64,000 nucleotides of DNA, taken from contig CAWHAA010000005.1 of the NCBI GenBank assembly GCA_963827275.1, positions 1 to 64,000 of the forward strand, in the 5' to 3' direction. Positions within the stretch are counted from its first letter, which is position 1, and each line of letters begins with the position of its first letter. Under the pieces are notes generated by a model. It was not told where the DNA came from, did not search any database, and saw only the letters and a program-made list of their open reading frames with translations. Positions 1-10,336 of this stretch are shown in pieces. A program made the position numbers and the translations under genes. Origin of the DNA: an uncultured Spirochaetota bacterium. GTDB taxonomy: Bacteria > Spirochaetota > UBA4802 > UBA5550.

Positions 1-1299
1 GGTCTCGCCCGCCTCCGGGAACACCGCGACTGTCGCGTGCTTCCCGATCTTCTTCACGCCCCTGCGGATCACTTCAGCCGGGTCCATGCACCGTACGAAA
101 AACCCGACCCGCTTCATCTCCTCGTCGGAGAGCGTCGGCACGTAAAAATAGAGGCTATACTGCCGCACCAGCTGGAGCGAGTAGTAAACCAGGAACTTCT
201 CCTCCACGTTGATCCCCCTGCGCGTACGCTCGATGAGCCCCCGCACCCTGCCCGGCCCGATGGCACGGAGGACCGCCTTCAGGATGGGGAGAGGGACCGG
301 CACGCGGGATGTTTTGATATCGTCGATCCCCCGCTCCGCCCGCATGAACGCCATGACCGCCCCGCCCGGCACCAGCGCGGGCAGGGAATTGCCCACGCAC
401 TTCATCCCCTGCTTGAAGTTTATGTCCATGGGGCGCGAGTTGACGATGATGCCGTCCACCGGGCGCTCGATATGCAGGCCCATCTCGCGGTAATTGTACT
501 CCACCGCGCCCCGGTGCGCCTCCACCGGGTCGCCGGCGAACGACGCGACGATCTTCCGGTCATGGTCGAGGACCACGTTGACGCAGAAGATATCGGCCGG
601 TATCATGCGCCGCACCTCCTCCAGGTCCTGCCGGAACGAGTTCTTCTCCGGCATCATGCCCACCCGGTTGAACAGGTAGGGCGGCTCGGCGATGATCTCG
701 TGGTGCAGGCCGATCGTCTCCGCGTACGCCACCCCCGGCAGAATGTTCTTCAGCCCGCCCCCGAACCCGGCCCAGATATGCGGCTCCACCAGCCCCACGA
801 GCACCAGGAGGTCCGCGTGGTACAGGTGCTTGTTCAGATAGACCGGCGTGTGCCGGGCCGTGGTCCCGAAATAGTGGCTCTCCTTGATGTCAAAGGCGTT
901 GTGGTTCTCCCACCGCACGCGTTTCAGGTTCTTCGGCCCGATCTTTTCGGCCATCTCCGTCTCGTCCATGGGCGTGTGGATGCCGATCGCGGGGATGACG
1001 GTGATGTTCTTCTCCGACGCGCCCGATTTCTTCAGCGCGTCGAGGAGCAGATGGAAGAACCTGTGCGCCGGCGTGGGCCGCGTTGCGTCATCGACGATGA
1101 TGACCACCTTCTTGCCCTTCAGTCTGCGCGCCGCAAGGGGCCGCGCGCCGGCCGGCTTCGCCAGCGACGCCCTGACCAGCGCGGCCTCGTCCGCCCGCTT
1201 CTTCGTATCCTGCGATTGTCTCTGCGGAAATATGACGCTCCACGTGTCGGGAACTTCAACGGGAAGGAAACCGGGGCCCCAGGGAAGCTGAATCTCCAT
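1..1299 (-). CDS. larA: LarA-family nickel-pincer-dependent lactate racemase-like protein, 3' end outside window
   Basis: Not in ORF track; my translation from ATG at 1299 gives MEIQLPWG...VVIIVDDATRPTP...PAIGIHTPM...ENHNA...VEPHIWAGFGGGLKNILPGVA, typical LarA motifs. Substrate uncertain. Confidence 0.8.
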   Translation of the reverse strand, partial: MEIQLPWGPGFLPVEVPDTWSVIFPQRQSQDTKKRADEAALVRASLAKPAGARPLAARRLKGKKVVIIVDDATRPTPAHRFFHLLLDALKKSGASEKNITVIPAIGIHTPMDETEMAEKIGPKNLKRVRWENHNAFDIKESHYFGTTARHTPVYLNKHLYHADLLVLVGLVEPHIWAGFGGGLKNILPGVAYAETIGLHHEIIAEPPYLFNRVGMMPEKNSFRQDLEEVRRMIPADIFCVNVVLDHDRKIVASFAGDPVEAHRGAVEYNYREMGLHIERPVDGIIVNSRPMDINFKQGMKCVGNSLPALVPGGAVMAFMRAERGIDDIKTSRVPVPLPILKAVLRAIGPGRVRGLIERTRRGINVEEKFLVYYSLQLVRQYSLYFYVPTLSDEEMKRVGFFVRCMDPAEVIRRGVKKIGKHATVAVFPEAGET

Positions 1300-1611
1300 A
1301 TGTCACCTCGCGAATGTGATTTCGAAGGCCGGTCCGGCGGGGACGGTATTACGAAAACGCATTTACACCACAATTGCAAGTACTTTATTGACGGGCCATC
1401 AAGGTCGCAGGATCATCGACAGCGGGCCGTACAGATACATCCGTCACTCCGCCAGCGCCGGCATGATCATCCCGCATATCTGGTAATGACCGGAAAATTT
1501 TTCTTGCAAAACCAGCTGCCCGGCCATATCATCTATCCGGCGGTCAGCGGCACGAAGGCATAAAAAGCACACGCTGCGCCCTGTTAAATCCATGCGAAGG
1601 GGAATTCAGCA

Positions 1612-2109
1612 ATGAAAAACATATTATTTATTCTTATTGCCTTCCTTGCCATGGGCATCGCAACACTTATGTTAATCGGGAAAAAACATATTGCTACCGA
1701 GATCATCATACATGCTCCGGCAGCAAGGGTCTGGGACACGCTGATCGACATCGATCGGTACCCGGAGTGGAACCCCTTTATCCGGAAAGCGGTCGGGAAG
1801 ATGGCGGAAGGACAGACTATCGAGGTCACCTTCCATACGAAAGGAAGCGACCCGATCACGTTTACGCCGACGATCCTTGTGATGAAAAAACATTCACTTG
1901 TAGAATGGGAAGGCAGGCTGCTGCTGCCGGGTATATTCACCGGGAGGCACACGTTCGAGCTGGTGCCGGTCAGCGCGGACACGACGCGGCTCATACAAAA
2001 AGAGGATTTCAACGGCATACTGGTGCCCTTCTTTGACTACGAACCGACCATCGAAGGCTTTACTTCCATGAACAACGAGCTCAAGAAAAGGGCGGAACGC
2101 AGGCGGTAA
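1612..2109 (+). CDS. SRPBCC/polyketide cyclase-like protein with N-terminal anchor
   Basis: IIIHAPAARVW..L.D...YPEWNPFI and F.GRH.FEL...TRLIQKEDF.G pattern. Confidence 0.8.
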   Translation: MKNILFILIAFLAMGIATLMLIGKKHIATEIIIHAPAARVWDTLIDIDRYPEWNPFIRKAVGKMAEGQTIEVTFHTKGSDPITFTPTILVMKKHSLVEWEGRLLLPGIFTGRHTFELVPVSADTTRLIQKEDFNGILVPFFDYEPTIEGFTSMNNELKKRAERRR

Positions 2110-2172
2110 CACCGGCCATGCGGCCATCACAGCGGAAGGGACCGTGCCGGGCGCGCCGCCGGCCCGGTCATT

Positions 2173-3645
2173 TCAGACCGCCTTCAGCAGATTGGCGGCA
2201 AAGCTGGCGATTTCCCGGACATCCCGTTCATCCATAGCCAGGTACGCGTACATCAATTCATCAATTGCATCAATATACTTTCCCGCGCATCCCCTGTCCC
2301 CCTTCTGTTCATATGCCTCACGTGCGATACGCGACAGGCGCCGCCTGGCGCCCGCATCGAACGCGGGCACGGGCACCCTCGCCACGTACCCTGACGTTAT
2401 CATGTTCGAACGGATCAGGCATGACCGGACGATGTACGTGACAAGGGAGCTGTTTAAATACCCCAGCAGCCACCAGAGGTCTTCCCGGCCGCAGATGACG
2501 GCGGCATTCACGCCAAAGGCGCTCTCCGGTGGCAGGTAACAGGCCCCGAAGGCGACCCCCATGGACGAGCAGATTATTCCTTCTTTAAATACATGGGCCC
2601 GGTTTCTTACGATAAAATTTTTGACCTTTGCGTGGATGTCGAGAAAGTCATGGGGGATATACCCGTCAGGGCCCGTGAAGAACCTCCGCGTGCCGGGGTT
2701 TTTATAGAACGGGACGGTGAAACGGCCTGTTTTTTCTTTTGAGATATATTTCGCGTCATTGCCCGTGGAGATCCCCGTTATGCAGGGGAACAGGCCGCCG
2801 AGCCGGGGGCCGTCGAACAGCTCCCTGACCGCCTGCGGGCAATCGATGACGAACTCGGGCGGACCGTCGCCGGTTTTCAGGCTGATCTCATCGATCGGTT
2901 TTTCGGCAAAGGCTTTATTGGAAAGAAGCTCCTTCAGGCGGTCCGTGTCCCGCGGCCTTTTGCCGACCTTCACGCTTCCCTGGTACCGTGTTCCCTTCTG
3001 GAGGATGATGATGCAGGTCCGCACATCCGCCTTCTGGTCCCTGAACAGGTCAGACGGGCACAGCACGAGGTAATGGACCGAGCAGCGGTCGAGTATCTTT
3101 TTCCTCAGGCCCCGGTGCGCCCTCGCGGTCAAGAATGAATCCAGGGTTATCATCCCGATCAGCGCGCCCTCCTTCGCGCAGTCGATCAGCGCGCCCAGGA
3201 ACATCGAATACATGTTATGCGTGCCGATATCATCAAAATTCGCGTTCAGCTTGTCCTTGTTGTCGCGGATGTACCCGACCTCGTGGCAATTGTAGGGCGG
3301 GTTTACGATATAATAATCGTAGACGCAACCGATATCCCGGCCGCCGCGGGCCTCCTGCCGGAGGCCGCAGTAATAATCAAGGAAATCGACACGCCTGAAA
3401 TTCGAACAGGCGTGATCGCCATAATCAATGATATCGAATGAATCGACGGACTTCCCGGCTGAATGGAAACAGCGCAGCAGGTCTTCTTTCCCGGCAGCGG
3501 GGTCGAGCACACACGCGCCGCCGGGCTGTATCTCCAGCATGGCTTCAGTCATGAATTTCGCGATAAAGCCGGGCGTTGCGTAGAACCCGGGCCCCCTGCG
3601 GTCGCGCCCTTCGGCGGTTGGAATATTTTTAAGGTGTCTTCCCAT
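2173..3645 (-). CDS. N6-adenine DNA methyltransferase (TaqI/Eco57I-like) with C-terminal target-recognition region; no adjacent endonuclease
   Basis: GFYATP, VLDPAAG (motif I), IVNPPY (motif IV), NMYSMF, C-terminal LLGYLNS; ATG start chosen at 3645. Confidence 0.85.
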   Translation of the reverse strand: MGRHLKNIPTAEGRDRRGPGFYATPGFIAKFMTEAMLEIQPGGACVLDPAAGKEDLLRCFHSAGKSVDSFDIIDYGDHACSNFRRVDFLDYYCGLRQEARGGRDIGCVYDYYIVNPPYNCHEVGYIRDNKDKLNANFDDIGTHNMYSMFLGALIDCAKEGALIGMITLDSFLTARAHRGLRKKILDRCSVHYLVLCPSDLFRDQKADVRTCIIILQKGTRYQGSVKVGKRPRDTDRLKELLSNKAFAEKPIDEISLKTGDGPPEFVIDCPQAVRELFDGPRLGGLFPCITGISTGNDAKYISKEKTGRFTVPFYKNPGTRRFFTGPDGYIPHDFLDIHAKVKNFIVRNRAHVFKEGIICSSMGVAFGACYLPPESAFGVNAAVICGREDLWWLLGYLNSSLVTYIVRSCLIRSNMITSGYVARVPVPAFDAGARRRLSRIAREAYEQKGDRGCAGKYIDAIDELMYAYLAMDERDVREIASFAANLLKAV

Positions 3646-3759
3646 GACGGCCTTCAGATGAAGATCAATGATTCGTTTCCCAAAGAGAAGGAACGCGGCG
3701 AAGGAGTTTGTCAAGTTTGATTTAGCGAAAAAAGGGGCGCCCGCGGCGGGGTGTTCATG

Positions 3760-3830
3760 CTGAGGGACTAGGACTCGAACCTAGGTTTGTGGGGCCAGAA
3801 CCCACCGTCCTGCCGCTGAACGATCCCTCA
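3760..3830 (-). tRNA. tRNA-Gln(CTG)
   Basis: Reverse complement TGAGGGATCGTTCAGCGGCAGGACGGTGGGTTCTGGCCCCACAAACCTAGGTTCGAGTCCTAGTCCCTCAG forms a cloverleaf with anticodon CTG. Confidence 0.93.
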
Positions 3831-4043
3831 ATGGCCGGCGAAGCGGCCGCTTCTGTCCCGGACAACATCAAGGTAGTTTGCAGCGCCTTACTGTCAATAA
3901 TAAATTACATTAATATTTTCAATTTATTTATTGAACCACTTTGAATGAATTATTTTTGCATGGACAAACCGGGAAAACCGTACCATGATATCCTGCAATC
4001 GGCGCCGGCCGGAAAATAAACCCGGGGCAGGAAAAACATCGCC

Positions 4044-4586
4044 ATGAATGATTATTACACCACGTTCGCTTCCCGGTTCGGGAAAACGGTCATCCTCTGG
4101 AAGATGAAAAGAGACGTGCCGAAAATATACCGCATAGACATCAACGTCAGGGACCGGGCATCGACGCGGGAGATACGGCGCGGTCATGCGGAAAAAAGCT
4201 GCGGACCTATCGATGACACTATCGGCGCCATGCTTTCGTATTTCTCCGGCGGAAACGTCACGTTCAGCCTTGATCTCCTTGACCTTGACCTGTGCCGGAA
4301 ATTCCAGAGAAAGGTGCTCCTGGCGGACCACGCCATACCGAGGGGCCGGGTGAGCACGTACGGGCGGCTTGCCGCGCGCGCCGGGAACCCGAAGGGCGCG
4401 CGGGCCGCGGGAAACGTCATGGCCGGAAACCCCTTCCCCATACTCATACCCTGCCACAGGGTCATCAGGTCGGACGGATCGCTTGGCGGGTACGGGGGCG
4501 GGCTCGTAATGAAACGGCAATTGCTTGAGATAGAGGGAATCACCTTCGATAACAGGCAAAAAGTGCCTTTTGAGCATTTCTATTAG
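4044..4586 (+). CDS. ogt: methylated-DNA-protein-cysteine S-methyltransferase
   Basis: IPRGRVSTYG, ARAAG, IPCHRV active site, GGYGGG. Confidence 0.92.
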   Translation: MNDYYTTFASRFGKTVILWKMKRDVPKIYRIDINVRDRASTREIRRGHAEKSCGPIDDTIGAMLSYFSGGNVTFSLDLLDLDLCRKFQRKVLLADHAIPRGRVSTYGRLAARAGNPKGARAAGNVMAGNPFPILIPCHRVIRSDGSLGGYGGGLVMKRQLLEIEGITFDNRQKVPFEHFY

Positions 4587-4653
4587 TACATCAACAAGCC
4601 TTGCCCCGGCTGCTTCGCGCCGGAATTATCACAGCATTAAACGGAGGAACCCG

Positions 4654-5643
4654 GTGAAGAAAAAAATCGTGTCGCTCTGCACCCTCGGCCCGGAGCTCTT
4701 GTCGATGATGATCAGGGGCAACGGCTGCACGTGCCCCGACGATGTCGAGGTGATCGGCGCGCACCACCTGCCTGACGGCGAGATTGTCGGCCTGCTGCCT
4801 GATGCCGACATCATCTTCGGTGATTACACTTTTATAAAAAGCATCACCGGCGAGATGGCCCGGGCCGCAAAAAAAGCGAGGCTGGTGCAGCAGCCGAGCG
4901 TCGGGTACCAGAACATCGACGTTGACGCCTTCACCGCCGCGGGGATACCGGTCGCAAACACCGCCGGGGCCAACACGGTGAGCGTCGCGGAGCACGTGGT
5001 GCTGGCCGCCCTGTGCCTGCTGAAAAACCTCCTCATGGCGCACCGCACCACCGCCGCGGGCGAATGGCGCCAGATGGACATCGGGGCCTTCGAGCTGCAG
5101 GGCAAGTCATGGGGCCTCGTGGGCATGGGGCGGATCGGCAGGGCCGTTGCCGAGCGCCTTGCCCCGTTCGGCGTCAGCATGACCTACTACGACCCGGCGC
5201 GGATGGGCGGGAGCGACGAAGCCGGATACGGCGCCGCCTTCCGCGAAATCGACGACCTGTTACAAACGTCCGATATCGTGAGCATCCACTGCCCCCTCAC
5301 CGACGCGACCAGGGGGATGATTGACGCGGGCAGGATCGCCCTGATGAAGCCGGCCGCCTTCATAATAAACGTCGCCCGGGGCGAGGTGCTGGACGAGGAG
5401 GCGCTGGCCCTGGCGCTTTCGGAAAAACGGCTGGCGGGTGCGGCGCTTGACGTCTTCTCGGAAGAGCCAATCAGGGCCGGCAGTCCCCTCCTGGGGGCGA
5501 TCGAAACCAGGCTCATGCTGACCCCCCATATCGCCGGCGTCACGCAGGAATCCAAGATGAGGATCATCACCGCCGCGATACGGAACGTGGTCGCCGTCCT
5601 CAACGGCGGCGAGCCGGACTTCATCATCAATGCCGTGAAATAA
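4654..5643 (+). CDS. D-isomer-specific 2-hydroxyacid dehydrogenase
   Basis: GLVGMGRIG, HCPLT, INVARG, LDVF..EP, TPHIAG; GTG start at 4654. Confidence 0.9.
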   Translation: MKKKIVSLCTLGPELLSMMIRGNGCTCPDDVEVIGAHHLPDGEIVGLLPDADIIFGDYTFIKSITGEMARAAKKARLVQQPSVGYQNIDVDAFTAAGIPVANTAGANTVSVAEHVVLAALCLLKNLLMAHRTTAAGEWRQMDIGAFELQGKSWGLVGMGRIGRAVAERLAPFGVSMTYYDPARMGGSDEAGYGAAFREIDDLLQTSDIVSIHCPLTDATRGMIDAGRIALMKPAAFIINVARGEVLDEEALALALSEKRLAGAALDVFSEEPIRAGSPLLGAIETRLMLTPHIAGVTQESKMRIITAAIRNVVAVLNGGEPDFIINAVK

Positions 5644-5672
5644 ACGCGCCATACCGATACAGGGAGACCGTC

Positions 5673-5891
5673 ATGAAAAAACCGAAAAGCATGCTCATAT
5701 TCAACGAGAAGGACTTCCCGCTGAACGCGATCCGGGGCAATTTCTTTCACGGGACCGGGTACGAGATCGCCGAGCTGAAGGAAAAGCCCCTCATCGGCAT
5801 AGTGAATTCCCGGACCGACATCAACCCCGGGCACGATCCCAACGTATGGCAGGCATACGGCATGTCAGGGTCCCGCTCCTCCCACTTTTAA
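5673..5891 (+). pseudogene. N-terminal fragment of an IlvD/Edd-family dehydratase
   Basis: KPLIGIVNS..DINPGH matches the IlvD/Edd N-terminus, but the ORF stops at 72 aa. Confidence 0.7.
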
Positions 5892-5965
5892 TTGACATTT
5901 TTATCAAACAATGTCATAACGACACGCAACATAAAAAATCCGGTTGTCACGAGAAAGCGTCATAG

Positions 5966-7831
5966 ATGGATACAATAGCCCGGGTAATCGACATATCGAA
6001 TTATACGTTCAGCTACTATTCCCTGCCCACGGCCATAGTCGCCTCGGGTATTTTTATCATCGGGATCGTTCCGCTGATACGCGAGCGCTTCTCCCGGCTC
6101 AGCGTTGACCTGTTCCTGGTGTCGGCCGCCTTCGCTGAATGGTTCCTCGCATTCACCTTCATGTATTCCAGCAATGACGAGTCCGTGGCCCTGTTCTGGG
6201 CGAAGGCCGGGTATATCGGCGTCCCCTGTATTCCCGCGGCCATCTACCTGTTCGTTGTCAGGGGCCTCGGGATCTTCCAGCAATGGAAGCGGCTCGTCCT
6301 CTTCAACTGGATGCTCTCGATCTTCTTCTCCGTGGCGATCATTTCCACGGACGCCATGATCGCGTCGCTCTACCACTACTGGTGGGGGTACTACCCGAAA
6401 TACGGATGGCTGAGCATCCCGTTCCTCATCTATTTCTTCACGATACTGCCGCTCTGCGGGTTCCACGCCTACAGAGAATACAAAAAAGCGGCGCCCGGCA
6501 CCATCTACCAGAGACGCATCAAGGCCATGTCGCTCGCCCTGGGCATCGCCTCCATCGGTGTCGTGGATTTTATCGCGAAATACGGGGTCCCGGTATACCC
6601 CTTCGGCTACATCCCCTTCATGGTCTTCGTGATCATCGCCCTCTTGCTGATACAGCGCTACAAGATCATCGAGATAACGCCCACCTTCGCGGCGCAGGCG
6701 ATCATCGAGACCATGTCCGACGCGCTGATCGCGGTGGACAACGAAGGCGTCATCCACCTGGTGAACAACGCCGCCTGCGAGCTCTTCCATAGAAAAGAAA
6801 AAGATATGATCGGGAGGCGGGCCGCCGACTTCATCGGCAACGATCCGTTTACCGATGAATTTACCGCCGCGCTGAAAAACGGGACGGTCAGCAACCACGA
6901 GATTTACATCTATACGCCGGACAGGGGGAACCGCACCCTGAGCCTTGCCGCCACGGCGATACGCGAACTGGAGGAGACCGCGGCGGGAATGCTCTTCGTT
7001 ATACGGGACATCACCGTTCTCAAGCAGCAGGAGGTGGAGCTGAAGGTGGCCAACATGGAGCTGAGCATGCGCCAGAAGATATCCGAGCAGGAGATGGCCC
7101 TCGCCGCCAACATACAGTTCCAGCTCTTCCCGCAGAAGCCCCCCGCCTGCCCCGGGTGGGACATCGCGTTTTTCATCAGGCCGATGATGGGGGTGTCGGG
7201 CGACTTCTATGATTTCTATGAAAGCGACGGGAACGTGAGCGGCGTCTCGGTCTTTGACGTCTCGGGCCACGGCATATCCTCGGGACTCATCACCCTGCTC
7301 GCCCGTTCGATAATATCGCGCCATTTCAACCAGATGTCCCAGGGCGGCCTCGCGAAGACAGTTGAAGACATCAACAGCGACCTGATCTCTGAGATCGGCT
7401 CCGTGGACAGCTACCTGACCGGCATCATACTGCGGCTGAACGGCAACACTATAGAATATATCAACGCGAGCCATCCGGACCTTCTGATAAAAAGGGGGAA
7501 AACCGGCAACGTGCTGCCCGTGAAGCCCCACGACAGGGACCTCAAGGGCATGCTGCTCGGAAAAGAAGGCCTTGCGGGAAATTTCGATGTGCTTAATTTC
7601 TCCGTCGCCAGCGGCGATTCCCTCCTGGCCTATACGGACGGCCTTACCGAATGCTCCAATTCCAACAAAGAAGGGTACGGGGAGGAACGCCTGAAAAAGG
7701 CGTTTAAAAATTCGCCCGACGGCACCGCCAGGGACATCCTGGATTTCATAACCGGCGATTTCAACAGGTTTATCGGCGCAGCTCCCCACAAGGACGATGT
7801 CACACTGATCGTCATGAAGAAAATACCATAA
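5966..7831 (+). CDS. 7TM sensor + PAS + SpoIIE/PP2C protein phosphatase
   Basis: Hydrophobic N-terminal helices, PAS-like IIETMSDALIAVD..N.AA, VSGDFYD, DVSGHG, YTDGLTE, DDVT. Confidence 0.9.
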   Translation: MDTIARVIDISNYTFSYYSLPTAIVASGIFIIGIVPLIRERFSRLSVDLFLVSAAFAEWFLAFTFMYSSNDESVALFWAKAGYIGVPCIPAAIYLFVVRGLGIFQQWKRLVLFNWMLSIFFSVAIISTDAMIASLYHYWWGYYPKYGWLSIPFLIYFFTILPLCGFHAYREYKKAAPGTIYQRRIKAMSLALGIASIGVVDFIAKYGVPVYPFGYIPFMVFVIIALLLIQRYKIIEITPTFAAQAIIETMSDALIAVDNEGVIHLVNNAACELFHRKEKDMIGRRAADFIGNDPFTDEFTAALKNGTVSNHEIYIYTPDRGNRTLSLAATAIRELEETAAGMLFVIRDITVLKQQEVELKVANMELSMRQKISEQEMALAANIQFQLFPQKPPACPGWDIAFFIRPMMGVSGDFYDFYESDGNVSGVSVFDVSGHGISSGLITLLARSIISRHFNQMSQGGLAKTVEDINSDLISEIGSVDSYLTGIILRLNGNTIEYINASHPDLLIKRGKTGNVLPVKPHDRDLKGMLLGKEGLAGNFDVLNFSVASGDSLLAYTDGLTECSNSNKEGYGEERLKKAFKNSPDGTARDILDFITGDFNRFIGAAPHKDDVTLIVMKKIP

Positions 7832-7883
7832 CACACGCGGCGGAAACGTAGTCATGAATGTACCCATGCACAGAGATACGATT

Positions 7884-8609
7884 ATGAAAAAAGCGCTTCA
7901 CCTGCTCTACCAGCCGTATAAATGGCTCTTCTTTATCCCTTACCTTGCGGTATCGACCCTGTTTTTCGGCTCGCTGACCATCATACTGGTGATCATCACG
8001 AACCCGAAGATAACCAGCTTCATCTGCGGCGTCGTATGGTCGCGGTTGAACGGCTACCTGACGCCGATATGCGTATCGGTCGCGGGCAGGGAGCATATCG
8101 ACAAAACCCAGTCCTACGTGATAGTCTCCAACCACCAGAGCCAGTATGACATCTTCGTCCTCTACGGCTGGCTCGGCATCGACTTCAAGTGGGTCATGAA
8201 GCAGGAGCTCCGGAAAGTCCCGGGCATCGGGATCGGGTGCGAAAAGGTGGGCCACATCTTTATTGACCGGTCCAACCACGAGCGCGCGCTCGCGTCGCTT
8301 AACGAGGCAAAGTCGAAAATCGTCAACGGCACGTCGGTCATCTTTTTCCCGGAGGGCACCAGGAGCAAAGACGGCTCCCTCGGCGAGTTCAAGAAGGGCG
8401 CGTTCAAGATGGCCCTCGATCTCGGACTCCCCGTTCTTCCCGTGACCGTCCTCGGCACCGCGAAGATACTTCCCTCGAACACCACCGACCTGTTCCCCGG
8501 AAAGGCGAAGATCGTCATCCACAAGCCGATAGACATAGCGGGATACAACGATGACAACATACAGGGTCTGATGGACCAGGCGCACGCGGCGATCAAATCC
8601 GTGCTCTGA
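7884..8609 (+). CDS. 1-acyl-sn-glycerol-3-phosphate acyltransferase (PlsC family)
   Basis: NHQSQYD, FIDR, FPEGTRS motifs. Confidence 0.9.
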   Translation: MKKALHLLYQPYKWLFFIPYLAVSTLFFGSLTIILVIITNPKITSFICGVVWSRLNGYLTPICVSVAGREHIDKTQSYVIVSNHQSQYDIFVLYGWLGIDFKWVMKQELRKVPGIGIGCEKVGHIFIDRSNHERALASLNEAKSKIVNGTSVIFFPEGTRSKDGSLGEFKKGAFKMALDLGLPVLPVTVLGTAKILPSNTTDLFPGKAKIVIHKPIDIAGYNDDNIQGLMDQAHAAIKSVL

Positions 8610-8638
8610 CCATCCGGCACCACGAAAGGGAGGCTGAT

Positions 8639-10135
8639 ATGGGCTCATTCAAGGAATATGGCAGCTATGACGGCCTCGGGCTTGCGGGCCTTGTCAGGAA
8701 AAAAGAGGTTTCCCCCGCCGAGCTGTGCGAGGAAGCGATATCCAGGATCGAAAAACTGAACCCCGCCCTTAACGCGGTCATCTGTCCAATGTTCGATATC
8801 GGCCGGAAGGCCGCGGCGGGCAAACTGCCCGACGGCCCCTTCAGGGGCGTCCCGTTCCTTTTAAAAGACCTCGTCTCGCCGTACGCGGGGGTGCCGTTCC
8901 AGTGCGGGTCGAAGGCATACCGGAACTTCATCCCCGGCTATGACAGCGAGATGGTCAGGCGGTTCAGGAACGCGGGGTTCATTTTCCTCGGAAAGACAAG
9001 CACCCCGGAGTTCGGCCTCCTCGCCTATACCGAGCCCGAGCTGTTCGGCCCCTGCCGGAACCCGTGGAACACCGGCCACACCCCCGGCGGATCGAGCGGC
9101 GGGACCGCGGCGGCGGTCGCGTCCGGCATGACGCCGCTCGGGTCCGGCGGCGACGGCGGCGGATCGATCAGGATCCCTGCTTCCTGCTGCGCCCTCTTCG
9201 GCCTCAAGCCGACGCGGGGGCGGAACCCGATCGGCCCGGTCAACGGCGAGGGCTGGCAGGGGGCGGTGGTGGAGCACGTGCTGACGCGCTCGGTGCGTGA
9301 CAGCGCCGCGGTGCTGGATTTCGTGCATGGCATGGACCCCGGCGCGCGATGCGCGGCCGCGCCGCCGAAGCGCCCTTACATGAAAGAGATCGCGACGAAG
9401 CCGGGACGGCTGACAATCGCCTTCTCGACAGAATCACCCCTCGGCATGGACGTTCACCCCGAGTGCGTGAAGGCGGTGCGGGAAACGGCGGCGCTGCTCG
9501 AGCGCCTCGGCCACCGGGTGGAGGAGGCGGCACCGGAGCTCGACGGCACGGACCTGGCCCGCTCCTACTTTACCATGTATTACGGCGAGACCGCGGCGGA
9601 CATCGCGAAGAGCGTCGAAGCGCTCGGGAGAACGCCGCGGAGGGGCGATTTCGAGGAGACCACGTGGCTCCTCGGCCTGCTCGGCAAATCATACACCGCG
9701 GAAGAGATGGTGCACGCCCTGCGGCAGTGGGACGTCGCTGCAAAGGCCATGGCGCGCTTCCACGAGCGGTTCGACCTGTACCTGACGCCCACGATGGCGA
9801 CACCACCGGTACGGATCGGCGAGCTGCAGCCGAAGGGCCCTGACCTGGCCGGGATAAAGATTATCAACAGGCTCAAGCTGGCGGGCCTGCTGAAAAAAAT
9901 CGGCCTCGCGGAAAAGATCGCCTTCGCGAACCTGGGGAAGACCCCCTTCACGCAGATCGCGAACTTCACCGGCCAGCCGGCGATGTCCGTACCGCTCCAC
10001 TGGACCCCGGAGGGGCTGCCGGTGGGCGTCCAGTTCATCGCGCCCTTCGGAGACGAGGCCACCCTCTTCCGCCTGGCGGCCCAGCTCGAGAAGGCGAAGC
10101 CCTGGTTCAACCGGCGGCCGCCCATCGCCGGGTAA
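8639..10135 (+). CDS. amidase-signature family amidase
   Basis: GVPFLLKD, GGSSGG, DGGGSIRIPAS. Confidence 0.92.
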   Translation: MGSFKEYGSYDGLGLAGLVRKKEVSPAELCEEAISRIEKLNPALNAVICPMFDIGRKAAAGKLPDGPFRGVPFLLKDLVSPYAGVPFQCGSKAYRNFIPGYDSEMVRRFRNAGFIFLGKTSTPEFGLLAYTEPELFGPCRNPWNTGHTPGGSSGGTAAAVASGMTPLGSGGDGGGSIRIPASCCALFGLKPTRGRNPIGPVNGEGWQGAVVEHVLTRSVRDSAAVLDFVHGMDPGARCAAAPPKRPYMKEIATKPGRLTIAFSTESPLGMDVHPECVKAVRETAALLERLGHRVEEAAPELDGTDLARSYFTMYYGETAADIAKSVEALGRTPRRGDFEETTWLLGLLGKSYTAEEMVHALRQWDVAAKAMARFHERFDLYLTPTMATPPVRIGELQPKGPDLAGIKIINRLKLAGLLKKIGLAEKIAFANLGKTPFTQIANFTGQPAMSVPLHWTPEGLPVGVQFIAPFGDEATLFRLAAQLEKAKPWFNRRPPIAG

Positions 10136-10336
10136 CCCGCGCCGCGGAAACTTGACATCGTAGCCGCTGCCGCAATAATTATAGTGGACATGATACCACG
10201 TGTTGTGCTACTCTTGCCGGACAGCATGCAGTCGTTCGGCATGCGTGATTTTAAAAAATAAATAAGACCACACCGCCATGACTACGGTCCTCAGGGGAGG
10301 GCCTGGGAAAAATAATCCTGCACAGGGAGGGCGGAA

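Noticed and set aside
37..1563. Long ORFs such as 37-1563(+), 5960-7867(-), 14214-16784(-), 16438-18342(-), 61585-63015(-)
   Set aside because: Antisense shadows of well-supported genes, expected in GC-rich DNA
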